Shown here piece by piece: positions 37,433-48,001 of a stretch of DNA of 64,000 bases; position 1 is the first letter of the stretch; each line of letters opens with the position of its first letter. The notes below the pieces were generated by a model. It ran no database searches. It saw nothing but the letters and a program-made list of their open reading frames with translations, and had not been told where the DNA came from. A program made the position numbers and the translations under genes. Where the stretch lies: contig CAJWLU010000009.1 of the NCBI GenBank assembly GCA_913043225.1, forward strand, positions 64,001 to 128,000. The letters are read 5' to 3'. The stretch is from an uncultured Acidobacteriota bacterium (GTDB taxonomy: Bacteria; Acidobacteriota; Vicinamibacteria; Vicinamibacterales; UBA8438).

Positions 37433-38341
37433 CTACACTTCTTCGCCTTGTCGGAGTGAGGGGCCGTTAGGGAGCTCGACGGACGTCGGCGCCTTGCGAA
37501 AACGCTTAGCGAGATAGCGCACCGGCGCGAGCACCGTATTGCGCAGCGGGACCGTCTCACCGTGTGGGCGCAATAGCAGAATCGAGACATCGTCCTCGGA
37601 GAGATTTTGAGGCGACAGAGCTTTGACTCGCTTGACGAGCGCAGAGATCAGTTGCTGGGGTTCGGTCGGTCCGATTTGGTCGAGGAGGCGGCGGAGACCG
37701 TCGCTTCCGAGCATCTCTCCGTCAGCGCCGACCGCTTCATATAGCCCGTCGGTGAAGCACAGCACCAGATCGCCGGTCCGAAGTGAGAGTCGATTCTGGC
37801 TAAACCCGGAGGAGTCGAAAACTCCAAGGGGGATGTTCGAGGGCGTTGCCTCAACCTGGGGAGTCTCGATGTTTCGCCACATACCCTCTTGGATGTCATA
37901 GCGAAGGGGAGGAGGGTGACCGGCGTTGGTCAGTGTGAGCGCGCTGGTGGGAATGAAGAAGGTCGCGATGATGCCCGTGGCGAACGTGCGGGCGTCGCCC
38001 AGAGACACGAACTCCCGGTTGACAGATCTGACGAGACGATCCTGGTCGATGTGGTCGATATGCCGTTGCATTAGCTTGCGCAGGCGAGTCGCCAACTCCG
38101 CGACCGGCCGACCGTGACCGCAAACGTCTGCCAGCGCGAACCGTGTGATCCGTCCCGACGAGCACGATGACAGGTAGTAGACGTCGCCGCCGCTTGGATC
38201 GTCGCCGAACGGTTTGCTGTAGAGCCAGACGTCGAGGCCTGCGGTAGACACCGTGGTGTTGGCGGCGCCGTTACCTCCCCAGACCTGCAGACACTCGAGA
38301 CGTGAGTCCGTACGTTCTGATGGGTTCGACTGGTTGTTCAT
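37433..38341 (-). CDS. PP2C/SpoIIE (RsbU-like) phosphatase
   Basis: GGDVY, ADVCGHG, NAGHPPP, FTDGL.E, EDDVS. Confidence 0.9.
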   Translation of the reverse strand: MNNQSNPSERTDSRLECLQVWGGNGAANTTVSTAGLDVWLYSKPFGDDPSGGDVYYLSSCSSGRITRFALADVCGHGRPVAELATRLRKLMQRHIDHIDQDRLVRSVNREFVSLGDARTFATGIIATFFIPTSALTLTNAGHPPPLRYDIQEGMWRNIETPQVEATPSNIPLGVFDSSGFSQNRLSLRTGDLVLCFTDGLYEAVGADGEMLGSDGLRRLLDQIGPTEPQQLISALVKRVKALSPQNLSEDDVSILLLRPHGETVPLRNTVLAPVRYLAKRFRKAPTSVELPNGPSLRQGEEV

Positions 38342-39723
38342 CTGATACGCCCAAGTAGATGTCGTAGCGCCGGTGTGACCTCCGGATATCGAAACGTGAA
38401 GCCCGAATCCAGAAGACGTGATGGTCGCACCCGCGTTCCGCCAAGCAGCAACGCGTCAGCCATTACGCCGAAGAGCCCGCGGAGGGCCACCGCGGGAACG
38501 GGGACCATGGTCGGACGACGGAGCACCGACCCAAGGGCATGGGTGAACGTGCGATTGTCGACCGCGTGAGGGGCCACTACATTTACAGGCCCGTCCAGGG
38601 ATGGCTCGGACATCACGTGTAGAACCGCCGCGAGCACATCATCGATCGAGATCCAACTCATCATCTGACGACCTGATCCCAGCACTCCGCCTATCCCCAA
38701 GCGGAACGGAGAGAGCATCCGAGCGAGTGCGCCGCCAGCCGGAGTCAGCACGACACCAAGACGAAGGTGCAGCACGCGGATGCCCGCGTTCCTAGCCGGC
38801 TGGGCAGCGGCCTCCCACTCCTGGCACACGTTGGCCAGAAAGTCCTCACCCTGAGGGGACGACTCGTCGACCGGAGTTAGGTTGCGGTGGCCGTAGATAC
38901 CGATGGCCGATGCGCAGATCAGGGTGCGTGGAGGGTGTTCGAGTCGCGCCAGCTGCTCGGTAAGTTGTCGTGTTCCAGCGACCCGGCTTTCTCGGATTCG
39001 CTGTTTGCGCGCGTTTGTCCAGCGGCCGCCGGCGATGTTTTCGCCGGCGAGGTGAATCACGGTGTCGGATGTACCCAGGACCTCGTCTGGCCACCGACCT
39101 GCCACGCTGGAGACGGCGTCTTGGTCTGAAGAGGCCGGCCGTGTCAATCGAGTGACCCGATGCCCGCCACTCCCCAAGAACGCGGTGAGCGCGGTGCCGA
39201 TGAGGCCGCTCGAACCGGTCACGGCGACCCGTTGCGGTGCGAGTCCGTAGTTTTGATGGCAGGAGAGGTCGGCGGTGGTGACTCGGTGCCGATAGGCAAA
39301 CATGCGATCGATCGCTTGTTGCGCCAGAGTGTTTCCGACCCGGCCGAGTGGACCAAAGGGCAGGGTGTAGGTAACCACGTCCTCCAGGCGAGTCTGTTTG
39401 TCACCGACATCCTCGAATCGATGTAAGTGGTGCCAGGCTCCGAATGGTCCCAGGTGCTGACGGTCAGTGAAGAAGGCACCAGGCTCCCATTCTTCATGAC
39501 GAGCGGTCCAGGGGCGCCATAGCGGGCCTAGGCCCACGGCAAGTCTCACTTCAGTGCCCGGCTCGGGAGGAGTTCCGGTTGTGCCCAGGACCCTAGTCTT
39601 CGCCCAAGGCGGTGCGAGTCGGTCAAACGCGCCGGGGCGGGTATGCCACTCGAAGACACTTTCACGCGGCGCATCGATCACTGACGATCGTCGGTATTCG
39701 GGCATTGGAAGGGAGTCGCTCAT
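38338..39723 (-). CDS. SRPBCC domain fused to a TIGR01777-type NAD-dependent epimerase
   Basis: FEWH...GPF..W.H.HRF; VTGSSGLIG, HLAGENI..GRW, ASAIG.YG, SWI.IDD. Start may be 39723 or 39705. Confidence 0.9.
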   Translation of the reverse strand: MSDSLPMPEYRRSSVIDAPRESVFEWHTRPGAFDRLAPPWAKTRVLGTTGTPPEPGTEVRLAVGLGPLWRPWTARHEEWEPGAFFTDRQHLGPFGAWHHLHRFEDVGDKQTRLEDVVTYTLPFGPLGRVGNTLAQQAIDRMFAYRHRVTTADLSCHQNYGLAPQRVAVTGSSGLIGTALTAFLGSGGHRVTRLTRPASSDQDAVSSVAGRWPDEVLGTSDTVIHLAGENIAGGRWTNARKQRIRESRVAGTRQLTEQLARLEHPPRTLICASAIGIYGHRNLTPVDESSPQGEDFLANVCQEWEAAAQPARNAGIRVLHLRLGVVLTPAGGALARMLSPFRLGIGGVLGSGRQMMSWISIDDVLAAVLHVMSEPSLDGPVNVVAPHAVDNRTFTHALGSVLRRPTMVPVPAVALRGLFGVMADALLLGGTRVRPSRLLDSGFTFRYPEVTPALRHLLGRIR

Positions 39724-39744
39724 GTGATGTCTGATGGCGTTTCC

Positions 39745-39786
39745 ATATTGAATTATACTCAAAATAATTTTCTTTTAAAGAAGATC
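39745..39786 (-). promoter_or_regulatory. AT-rich promoter with a perfect TATAAT
   Basis: Minus strand TTTAAA-16 bp-TATAAT (39757-39752) in an AT island upstream of the TIGR01777 gene. Confidence 0.55.
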
Positions 39787-39859
39787 AAGGGGCTGCTCCA
39801 GTCCCAGTGGGACGAGGTGAGCCTCGTTGAGGGTGGGTGCGTAGCTGGCGTGGTCGGGG

Positions 39860-40190
39860 GATTCTTAGATTACGGAACGTGACGGGTCCGCTCTGGCCGC
39901 GGATGGCGGTGTCGCCTGAGGTTTCCCGGCCGTAGCGCGGGAGCTCAGAGAGCTTGCTGGCCTGCATCTGGGTCATCCGGTTGTCGCTGTCTATGTCGCA
40001 CTCGAGAAGCTTCACCCCGTTCATTCAGTGCTTGCCGTGGTCGCCACGAACCACGAGGCGCGAGGCATGCCGTTCTCCGACAGGCCGGGGGCATGTCGCG
40101 GATCGGCTGGTAAATCGAATAGTGGCTACCGGCGGACGTGATGGGGGCGCGGTAGAGCCTGCGGCGCCAACTCGAGGCCAGTGACGGATA
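39860..40190 (-). pseudogene. Degraded DUF1080 (3-keto-disaccharide hydrolase-like) gene
   Basis: TSAGSHYSIYQP / frameshift / PVGERHASRLVVRGDHGKH*MNGVKLLE...SK...YGR.TSG...GPVTFRNLRI; TGA sits where the family usually has W. Confidence 0.75.
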
Positions 40191-40211
40191 CTCGTCGTTT
40201 ACCCCTTGCTC

Positions 40212-40230
40212 CTGGTGTATAAAACACCAG
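40212..40230. promoter_or_regulatory. Palindromic operator candidate
   Basis: CTGGTGT-ATAAA-ACACCAG, 36 bp upstream of the 40267 ATG. Confidence 0.5.
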
Positions 40231-40266
40231 ATATAACCCTGTGTTCTCCGACGGAGCGTAAAGCCT

Positions 40267-43200
40267 ATGCATCTCCGCCGTCTTGCTCCGGTCTCGTCGT
40301 TGCTGTGCTGCGTGGCAGTCCTGCTGGGAGACGCCGAACAGGCCGTGGCCCAGGCCACGGCACCGGTCGACTTTCAGCGTGATGTCAGGCCGATCCTGGC
40401 AGACAACTGCTTCCAGTGCCACGGGCCGGACGAAGGTTCCCGTATGGCCGGTCTCCGCCTCGACACAGAGGATGGGGCCACGGCTGCGCGTCCTGGCGGT
40501 GCAGCTGTGGTCCGATCCGATCCCGCCGCCAGCCGGCTGATCGCCAGGACTACGGAAGAGGATCCGGCCCGTCGGATGCCGCCGGCCTCCGCCAACAAGG
40601 CATTGGATATTTCCGAGGTCGAGACACTACGGCGCTGGATCGACGAAGGGGCCTCATGGGATCAGCACTGGGCCTTCAAGGCGATCGAGAGCCCCGCGTT
40701 GCCAGCAATCTCGGACGACGCCTGGGTGCGCCAGCCGCTGGACCGCTTCGTGCTGTCCCGACTCAAGACCGAGGGGCTCGGGCCGGCCGACGAGGCTGAG
40801 CGCCGCACGTTGGCTAGACGGGTGGCGCTCGACCTCACCGGCCTGCCGATCGATCCCGGCAGGCTAGCGAGCTTTCTCGAAGACACCGAATCGGGGGCGT
40901 ACGAACGTCTTGTGGATCGCCTGCTCGCGTCGAGCCATTGGGGTGAGCACCGCGCTCGCTATTGGCTGGACGCGGCCCGCTATGGGGATACTCATGGCAT
41001 CCACATCGACAACTATCGCGAGATGTATGCCTACCGCGACTGGGTGATTCGGGCGTTCAACGCCAACAAGCCGTTCGACGAGTTCACGGTCGAGCAGGTC
41101 GCGGGCGACTTGCTGACGGAGCCGACGCTTGACCAACTCGTTGCCACGGGCTTCCAGCGTAACAACATCACCACTAACGAGGGTGGAGTGGTGCCGGAGG
41201 AGTACGAGGCGATCTACGCGAAAGACCGGACGGAGACCATTGGGAACGTCTTTCTCGGGTTGACGGTCGGATGTGCCACCTGCCACGACCATAAGTTCGA
41301 CCCGATCGCCCAGCGTGAGTTCTATGCGATGACCGCATTCTTCCGGAACACTACCCAGTACGTGATGGATGGCAACGTGTCAGACCCGCCTCCCATCCTG
41401 GTGGTACCGGGGGAGGGTGACAGGGAACGGTGGCACCAATTGCGGGCCGAAGCGCGCGAGCTAGACGGCGCGATCCGCGCCCGGGACGCGGCCATTGACC
41501 CGGTGTTTGTCGAGTGGTTGACTCGTGGCGATCATCGCGAGGTGGAGACGCCGCTCGAGCCAGGCGCCGACTGGCTCAGACTGATGCTCGAGGAGCCCGA
41601 GCCGGCCGTCTGGGTAGATGGGGAGCGTCAAACCATTACCGTCGAGGGAGCCACTATCGGCGAGGGACCGAACGGACTTCGGGCGTTGATGTTCGACGAC
41701 GGAGCCTGGGCCGAGCTGCCGTCGCTGGGGCTCGACAGCGATATCCCGTTCTCCTTGGCGATGTGGATCTACCAACCCGAAGACGAAGGCAACTTCGTTG
41801 TCGCGGGGCAATACGACCAGCAGGACGGTGGCCGGGGGTGGGCGGTGACCATTGGCTCCCGCCAGCTCAGCTTCCGGGTCAGCGGAGATCGACTGGGTCC
41901 GGGACTCGGCGCCACTAGCGCCAGGGTCGGGCCGATTAACACGAAGCGGATGCCCACTGGGCTCTGGACCCACATCGTGCTGACTCACGACGGAACGGCC
42001 GAGCGAGGCGGCCTGCACGTCTACCAGAACGGTGAGCGGATCGAAGAGCAGGGGAGCGAGTTCTTTGCTAAGGCCGAGGGCCGGATTCTGAGTGACGCGC
42101 CCTTCTACTTAGGTCGGGGCGATGCGACTGATCGACAGGGCAACCCCGTGGTGCGGCACTTTGGTGGCGGTGGGATCGCCGATTTCCGAGTATTCCGCCG
42201 GGTCCTGTCTCCGGAAGAGGCCAAAGTGGTCTCCGAGTGGCAGGCGGTGCGGCGAGGTAGCGGGAAGTCGCCGGAAGGACTGGACTCCGACGAGCGGGAG
42301 GCGCTACGCCTTCGGTATCTGTCCATCGATGATGCCGAGTACCGAGCGTTACTCCTTCGCCGCCAGGAGATCGACCGCGAGTGGCGAGAGGTGCGCCGCC
42401 GCGGCAGCGTGACCCATGTCATGCAAGAGAATACCGAGGGTGAGGCGTTCGCGCACGTGCTCAACCGCGGCATGTACGACCAGCCGCTCGAGCGCGTGGT
42501 GGCAGGTACTCCCGCCGCGTTGCCTCCGATGGCTGACTCGCTGCCGCGGAACAGGATGGGCCTCGCACGGTGGCTCACGGCCAAGGACAATCCGCTGACA
42601 GCGCGCGTCACGGTCAATCGGTTCTGGCAGCAGGTCTTCGGTGTAGGGTTGGTCGAGTCGGCAGAAGACTTCGGCGCTCAGGGGACCACGCCGACGCATC
42701 CAGAGCTGCTCGATTATCTAGCCACAAACTTTCGCGAGTCCGGGTGGGACGTGAAGCAGTTCTTCCGCACGCTGGTGACCTCGTCCACCTACCGCCAGGC
42801 GGCGGTGACGACACCCGAGAAGGTGGAGCGTGACCCTGCCAACCGGCTATTGTCGCGGGGACCCCGCTTCCGAATGGACGCGGAGATGATTCGGGACTAC
42901 GCGCTGGCCGCCAGCGGCCTCTTGGTGCGGACCATCGGTGGCCCGAGCGTCAAGCCGTATCAGCCGGACGGCGTATGGGCGACCGTGGCGATGCCCCAGA
43001 GCAACACCCGGACCTATGAAGTGGATAACGGAGACAAGCTCTACCGGCGGAGTCTGTACACATTCTGGAAGCGGTCGGCGCCGCCCGCCTCCATGGACAT
43101 CTTTAACGCTCCCACCCGCGAGCACTCGACGGTTCGCCGGGAGCGTACGAACACTCCGCTTCAGGCCTTAGTGACGATGAACGACACGCAGTTCGTCGAA

Positions 43201-43497
43201 GCGGCGCGTCACCTGGCGCAGCGGGCGATGCGCGAGGCAGGCGATGACTTCGACCGCCGACTTGACTATCTGACCATTCGGCTCGTGTCCCGTCCGTTCT
43301 CCGCGCCCGAGCGCCGGGTGGCGCGTTCGACGTTTGACCGGTTCGCCGAACTGTATGCTGGGGACGAGCAGGAGGCGCGACGGTTGCTCGATGTCGGCGA
43401 ATCAGCCTTCGATGCCGCTTTACCGCTGGTCGACTCGGCGTCGTGGACGATGCTGGTTAGCCAGGTGATGAATCTGGACGAGGTGCTGAACAAGTAG
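40267..43497 (+). CDS. PSCyt1/DUF1549/LamG/DUF1553 planctomycete-type cytochrome c protein
   Basis: CFQCHGPD, WLDAARYGDT.G, CATCHDHKFDP, NPLTARV.VNRFWQ, RTNTPLQAL. Confidence 0.92.
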   Translation: MHLRRLAPVSSLLCCVAVLLGDAEQAVAQATAPVDFQRDVRPILADNCFQCHGPDEGSRMAGLRLDTEDGATAARPGGAAVVRSDPAASRLIARTTEEDPARRMPPASANKALDISEVETLRRWIDEGASWDQHWAFKAIESPALPAISDDAWVRQPLDRFVLSRLKTEGLGPADEAERRTLARRVALDLTGLPIDPGRLASFLEDTESGAYERLVDRLLASSHWGEHRARYWLDAARYGDTHGIHIDNYREMYAYRDWVIRAFNANKPFDEFTVEQVAGDLLTEPTLDQLVATGFQRNNITTNEGGVVPEEYEAIYAKDRTETIGNVFLGLTVGCATCHDHKFDPIAQREFYAMTAFFRNTTQYVMDGNVSDPPPILVVPGEGDRERWHQLRAEARELDGAIRARDAAIDPVFVEWLTRGDHREVETPLEPGADWLRLMLEEPEPAVWVDGERQTITVEGATIGEGPNGLRALMFDDGAWAELPSLGLDSDIPFSLAMWIYQPEDEGNFVVAGQYDQQDGGRGWAVTIGSRQLSFRVSGDRLGPGLGATSARVGPINTKRMPTGLWTHIVLTHDGTAERGGLHVYQNGERIEEQGSEFFAKAEGRILSDAPFYLGRGDATDRQGNPVVRHFGGGGIADFRVFRRVLSPEEAKVVSEWQAVRRGSGKSPEGLDSDEREALRLRYLSIDDAEYRALLLRRQEIDREWREVRRRGSVTHVMQENTEGEAFAHVLNRGMYDQPLERVVAGTPAALPPMADSLPRNRMGLARWLTAKDNPLTARVTVNRFWQQVFGVGLVESAEDFGAQGTTPTHPELLDYLATNFRESGWDVKQFFRTLVTSSTYRQAAVTTPEKVERDPANRLLSRGPRFRMDAEMIRDYALAASGLLVRTIGGPSVKPYQPDGVWATVAMPQSNTRTYEVDNGDKLYRRSLYTFWKRSAPPASMDIFNAPTREHSTVRRERTNTPLQALVTMNDTQFVEAARHLAQRAMREAGDDFDRRLDYLTIRLVSRPFSAPERRVARSTFDRFAELYAGDEQEARRLLDVGESAFDAALPLVDSASWTMLVSQVMNLDEVLNK

Positions 43498-43547
43498 CAC
43501 GCCGCCGACGAGTGGGTCGGCCGGTGGACGACGACCGCGGGGACAGC

Positions 43548-45017
43548 ATGCATCCACTTAAGGAAGCGATTCACTCCGAGACTAGGCGTCAGTTCTTCGG
43601 AACCGCAGCCAAGGGGCTGGGCGGGCTGGCTTTGGCTAACCTCTTGGCCGAGGACGCCTTCGCCCTGCCGCGCCAGAGCGCGGACGGCATAGGTGGACTG
43701 CCCAGTCTTCCGCATTTTGCCCCAACGGCTAAGCGTTGCATCTACCTACACATGATGGGCGCTCCGCCCCAGATGGACCTGCTCGACTACAAGCCCAAGA
43801 TGAAGGACATGTACGACCAGGATCTGCCCGAGTCGATTCGACAAGGCCAGCGACTGACGACCATGACCTCCGGGCAATCTCGATTTCCGATCGCGCCGTC
43901 GATCTTCGAGTTCTCGCAGCATGGCCAGAGCGGCGCCTGGTTCTCTGAGCTCCTGCCGCACACTGCTAGCATGGCCGACGACCTCGCCGTCATTCGGTCC
44001 ATGCACACCGACGCGATCAATCACGAGCCAGGGATCACCTTCATTCAGACCGGTCAGCAGATCCCAGGACGTCCGTGTATCGGAGCTTGGTTCGCGTATG
44101 GGCTCGGCAGCATGAACGAGGATCTGCCGACCTTCGTCGTGATGAATGCTGAGCGGAGTCATCCCCGGGCCGGGGTGCAGGCGATCTCCGCGAAGCTGTG
44201 GAGCGCCGGATTCTTGTCTCCCGAGTATGCGGGAGTGGGAATGCGCACCGGATCGGACCCGGTACTGTATTTGCGCGACCCCGACGGGGTGTCATCGGAC
44301 GTGCGACGCCAGATGCTCGACGGGCTGGGCGAGTTGAATCGGCTCCGGCACGCTGAGGTGGGCGATCCGGAAACACTGGCTCGGATCGAGCAGTATGAGA
44401 TGGCCTTCCGGATGCAGTCGTCGGTGCCGGAGATGGCGGACCTCTCGAGTGAACCGGAAAGCACTTGGGCTCGCTGGGGCGAGGAAGCTCGTCAGGCCGG
44501 TAAGTTTCAGAATGCTGCCTTGATGGCGCGGCGGTTGGTTGAGCGCGGCGTGCGCTTTGTGCAGATCTACCATCGCGGCTGGGACGTCCACGCGTTCGCG
44601 CCGCAGGTGCTGCCGGCCCAGGCACGAGATGTCGACCGGGCGGCTTGGGCCTTGATTCAGGATCTCAAGGAGCGTGGTCTGTTTGACGAAACGCTCGTTA
44701 TCTGGGGTGGCGAGTTTGGACGGACCATCTACTCACAGGGTCGTTTGACCCCCACCGAGTACGGGCGCGACCATCACCCGCGGTGCTACAGCTTGTGGAT
44801 GGCGGGCGGCGGAGTGAAGGGCGGAACCGTGTATGGGGAGACGGATGACTTCTCGTACAACATCGTGAAGGACCCGGTCCACATTCGGGATTTCCAGGCC
44901 ACGATCCTGCACCTGTTCGGGATCGACCACGAGCGGTTCACCTACAAGCACCGAGGGCTGGATGCTCGACTCACCGGGGTGGAGCCGGCCAGGGTGGTGC
45001 GCGAGGTGTTGGCCTAG
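43548..45017 (+). CDS. DUF1501 protein, Tat leader
   Basis: TRRQFFG; AKRCIYLHM.G.P.Q.D, ARRLVERGVRFVQ, GWDVH, GEFGRT, GRDHH. Confidence 0.92.
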   Translation: MHPLKEAIHSETRRQFFGTAAKGLGGLALANLLAEDAFALPRQSADGIGGLPSLPHFAPTAKRCIYLHMMGAPPQMDLLDYKPKMKDMYDQDLPESIRQGQRLTTMTSGQSRFPIAPSIFEFSQHGQSGAWFSELLPHTASMADDLAVIRSMHTDAINHEPGITFIQTGQQIPGRPCIGAWFAYGLGSMNEDLPTFVVMNAERSHPRAGVQAISAKLWSAGFLSPEYAGVGMRTGSDPVLYLRDPDGVSSDVRRQMLDGLGELNRLRHAEVGDPETLARIEQYEMAFRMQSSVPEMADLSSEPESTWARWGEEARQAGKFQNAALMARRLVERGVRFVQIYHRGWDVHAFAPQVLPAQARDVDRAAWALIQDLKERGLFDETLVIWGGEFGRTIYSQGRLTPTEYGRDHHPRCYSLWMAGGGVKGGTVYGETDDFSYNIVKDPVHIRDFQATILHLFGIDHERFTYKHRGLDARLTGVEPARVVREVLA

Positions 45018-45045
45018 CGCGCCACATGCGGCGTATCCTTAAGCG

Positions 45046-47883
45046 TTGCGACCTTACGAAGAGCTCCGAGAGCCCGTCCGTTACCTGAATCTCCTGTCGT
45101 TTCTTGATGTCTTCCGGCGCCTGACCGGTGGTTGCGCGTTCGCCTGCGCGGCCGTGCTCCTCGCGACTCCAGTGGTCGCACAGGCACCGCCGTCCCTAGT
45201 TATTACGCCGTTCGAGAATTTGAGCGGGAATGAGGACGACGCCTGGATCGGCGCTGGCATCGCAGAGTCTCTGGCCGCTGGTCTATCCGAGCGGTTCCTC
45301 GTCTCAGCGGAGCCAGAGGCCGAGGGTGCAGCCACGCGGTTTCTGGTCGAGGGGGCGTATCAGCGGCAAGGCGACGAGATTCGCATCACGGCGCAGCTGA
45401 TCGAGCGCGTTGATGGCTCCGTCGTTGCCTCGGCGAAGGTTGACGGCTTACGGAGCGACCTTTTCGAGCTGCAGGATGCGGTGGTGGTGGCACTGTTGGT
45501 CCGACCTTCGATGCCGAAGTCGGTCATGCCGGAGCAACTGACTACGGCTCTCGGGAGCGTGGCCGAGTCGGAGCGTGTGTCCGGCAACGATCCCGAGTTT
45601 GGCGAGGTCGAAATGGCAGCCTTCCGGATGGGGGACGACGTTCTCCGATTGATCGATGGTCCTCCGCCTCCGGCCGCACCTGCTACGGTCACACGTGATG
45701 CACAGGGACGGGCGACGGTGCGAGCGGTGCGCGTCGATGCACCCCTGGAACTCGATGGTCGCCTGGACGAGGCGGTCTACAGCCGCGTCGAAGCCATCAC
45801 GGACTTTATTCAGCAGACCCCGATCGAAGGTGCGCCGGCGACCGAGAAAACCGAGGCCTGGGTCTTGTATGACGACACGAACGTCTATGTCTCCGCCCGA
45901 GCGTGGGACCGGGCCCCTGAGAGTGAGTGGGTGGCCAATGAGATGCGTCGCGACGGTCGGCAGATCCGGCAGAATGACCTGTTCATGGTGTTGTTCGACA
46001 CCTTCTACGACCGCCGCAACGGCGTTGCGTTCCAGGTTACCCCGATCGGTGCTCGTTCTGATTTCCAGGTGACGAACGAGGGTAATCCGAACCTTGACTG
46101 GAACCCCGTCTGGGATGTCCGGACAGGGCGTTTCGATGGCGGTTGGGTCGCCGAGATGGCGATTCCATTCAAGTCGCTTCGTTATCGGCCCGGGGACGAG
46201 CAGATCTGGGGGGTCCAGTTGCGGCGCGGTATCCGACGGCGAGCGGAGATGGCCTATCTCACGCGGTTGCCGATCTCGGCGGCCGGCGCCGGCGCCGGGG
46301 CGGGTACCGCTGGCGTGTTCCGAGTGTCGCAGGCTGGTACTCTCGTGGGAATCCAGCCACCTCCAGCGGGGCGGAACCTCGAGATTAAGCCGTACGCGAT
46401 TGGGGGGGTGACGCGCGATCGGGTCGGGAACCCCAGCAGCGGAAACGTGAGCGACGGTGACTTTGGTCTCGACGTGAAGTACGGGATAACCGATGCGTTG
46501 ACCGCCGACATCACCTACAACACCGACTTCGCGCAGGTCGAGGTGGACGAGCAGCAGGTTAACCTCACCAGGTTCAGCCTTTTCTTTCCTGAGAAGCGAG
46601 AGTTCTTCCTGGAGGGGCGAGGCATCTTCGACTTTGCCAGAGGTGGATTTCGCGCTGGGGGAGGGGGCGGCTTCTTCGGAGGCGGCAACGCGCCCACGCT
46701 CTTCTACAGCCGTCGCATTGGCCTTCAGGCAGGTGAAGTGGTACCCATTCTGGGCGGAGGGCGGGTCACCGGTAAGGTCGGCATGTTCGACATCGGTGCC
46801 CTGAGCATTTCGACTGATGACCAGTTGCTGGGCGCGGCGGAGTCCACGAACTTTACGGTGGTGCGGCTGAAGCGGGACATCCTGCGGCGGAGCGCGATCG
46901 GCGGCATTTTCACTAATCGGTCGGTGGCTGTCGACGGTGCCGGGTCCAGTCAGGCCTACGGATTAGACGCGACGCTGGCGTTCTTCGAGAACATCGAAGC
47001 GGTGGGCTATTACGCGCGCACCGAGACTCCAGGTGTATCGGGCCGCGATACGAGTTACCAGGGCCGCCTGCTCTATGCTGGCGATCGCTACGGCATGCAA
47101 GTCGAGCACCTCTTGGTGGAGGACGATTTCAATCCGGAGGTTGGCTTCCTGCGGCGTGACAATTTCCGCCGGACGTTTGCGGAAGGGCGTTTCAGTCCCC
47201 GGCCGGCGTCGATCGACTGGGTGCGGCAGTTCCGGCTCGTTGGCAGCATCGACTATATCCAGACCGCCGATACCGAAGTGCTCGAGACCAGGACCAATAC
47301 GCTGCAGCTCCAGACCGAATTCCAGAACAGCGACACGTTCGGAGTCAGCCTCACCGACAACTACGAGCTGCTGCTCAACCCGTTCAGTCCGGGCGGCGCC
47401 GATTTCTCGATTCCGCTAGGTGGCTACGCGTTTGCAGATGCACAGGCTGTGTATCGCCTTGGAGAGCAACGACCCTTCAGCGGCGGGGTGAGCGTCCAGC
47501 GTGGTGGGTTCTTTGGAGGAGATATCACGGCGGTCGGGTTGCAGGGCGGGCGGCTCGCCGTCCTGCCGCAGTTGTCCATTGAGCCGAGCGTGTCGATCAA
47601 CTGGATCGAAACGCCCTACGGCTCGCTCCGGACAGACCTGGTGGTGACCCGGATGAACTACGCCGTCAGCCCGTGGATGTTCTTCAGCGGCTTGGTGCAA
47701 TACAACTCGGCCAATGACACCGTCAGCAGCAATCTTCGGTTCCGTTGGGAGTACAGTCCTGGTAGCGAAATTTTCGTGGTCTATACCGAGGATCGTGACA
47801 GCGCCACGCTTCGCCCCAACCGCTTCACTGAGCTCCGTAACCGCGGTTTTGTGATCAAGCTGAACAGGTTGTTTCGGTTCTAG
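45046..47883 (+). CDS. TolB-N/FlgO-like + CBM9-like + DUF5916 outer-membrane-type protein
   Basis: PFENLSG...W.G.GIAE; LDGRLDE; NTDFAQVEVD.QQVNLTRFSLFFPEKREFFLE; terminal Phe. Start uncertain. Confidence 0.82.
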   Translation: MRPYEELREPVRYLNLLSFLDVFRRLTGGCAFACAAVLLATPVVAQAPPSLVITPFENLSGNEDDAWIGAGIAESLAAGLSERFLVSAEPEAEGAATRFLVEGAYQRQGDEIRITAQLIERVDGSVVASAKVDGLRSDLFELQDAVVVALLVRPSMPKSVMPEQLTTALGSVAESERVSGNDPEFGEVEMAAFRMGDDVLRLIDGPPPPAAPATVTRDAQGRATVRAVRVDAPLELDGRLDEAVYSRVEAITDFIQQTPIEGAPATEKTEAWVLYDDTNVYVSARAWDRAPESEWVANEMRRDGRQIRQNDLFMVLFDTFYDRRNGVAFQVTPIGARSDFQVTNEGNPNLDWNPVWDVRTGRFDGGWVAEMAIPFKSLRYRPGDEQIWGVQLRRGIRRRAEMAYLTRLPISAAGAGAGAGTAGVFRVSQAGTLVGIQPPPAGRNLEIKPYAIGGVTRDRVGNPSSGNVSDGDFGLDVKYGITDALTADITYNTDFAQVEVDEQQVNLTRFSLFFPEKREFFLEGRGIFDFARGGFRAGGGGGFFGGGNAPTLFYSRRIGLQAGEVVPILGGGRVTGKVGMFDIGALSISTDDQLLGAAESTNFTVVRLKRDILRRSAIGGIFTNRSVAVDGAGSSQAYGLDATLAFFENIEAVGYYARTETPGVSGRDTSYQGRLLYAGDRYGMQVEHLLVEDDFNPEVGFLRRDNFRRTFAEGRFSPRPASIDWVRQFRLVGSIDYIQTADTEVLETRTNTLQLQTEFQNSDTFGVSLTDNYELLLNPFSPGGADFSIPLGGYAFADAQAVYRLGEQRPFSGGVSVQRGGFFGGDITAVGLQGGRLAVLPQLSIEPSVSINWIETPYGSLRTDLVVTRMNYAVSPWMFFSGLVQYNSANDTVSSNLRFRWEYSPGSEIFVVYTEDRDSATLRPNRFTELRNRGFVIKLNRLFRF

Positions 47884-47907
47884 AGTTAGATGGAGCTTCG
47901 CTCACAA

Positions 47908-48001
47908 GCCCTACGCGGCGCTAGAGGTGTCCCATCGCCTCACGTCGTAGGGCGTGACGCCCAGAGGCCCACCGCCTAGGCGGAGCGCGCCCCGCCTAGG
48001 C
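47908..48001. repeat. Cluster of nested palindromes, REP-like, between convergent genes
   Basis: GCCCTACG...CGTAGGGC long stem; GTAGGGCGTGACGCCC; GCCTAGGCGG-8 nt-CCGCCTAGGC. Confidence 0.45.

Noticed and set aside
40025..40027. In-frame TGA in the DUF1080 fragment as possible selenocysteine
   Set aside because: It falls at a position that is normally Trp, and the surrounding region is also frameshifted and truncated, so it is decay rather than recoding.
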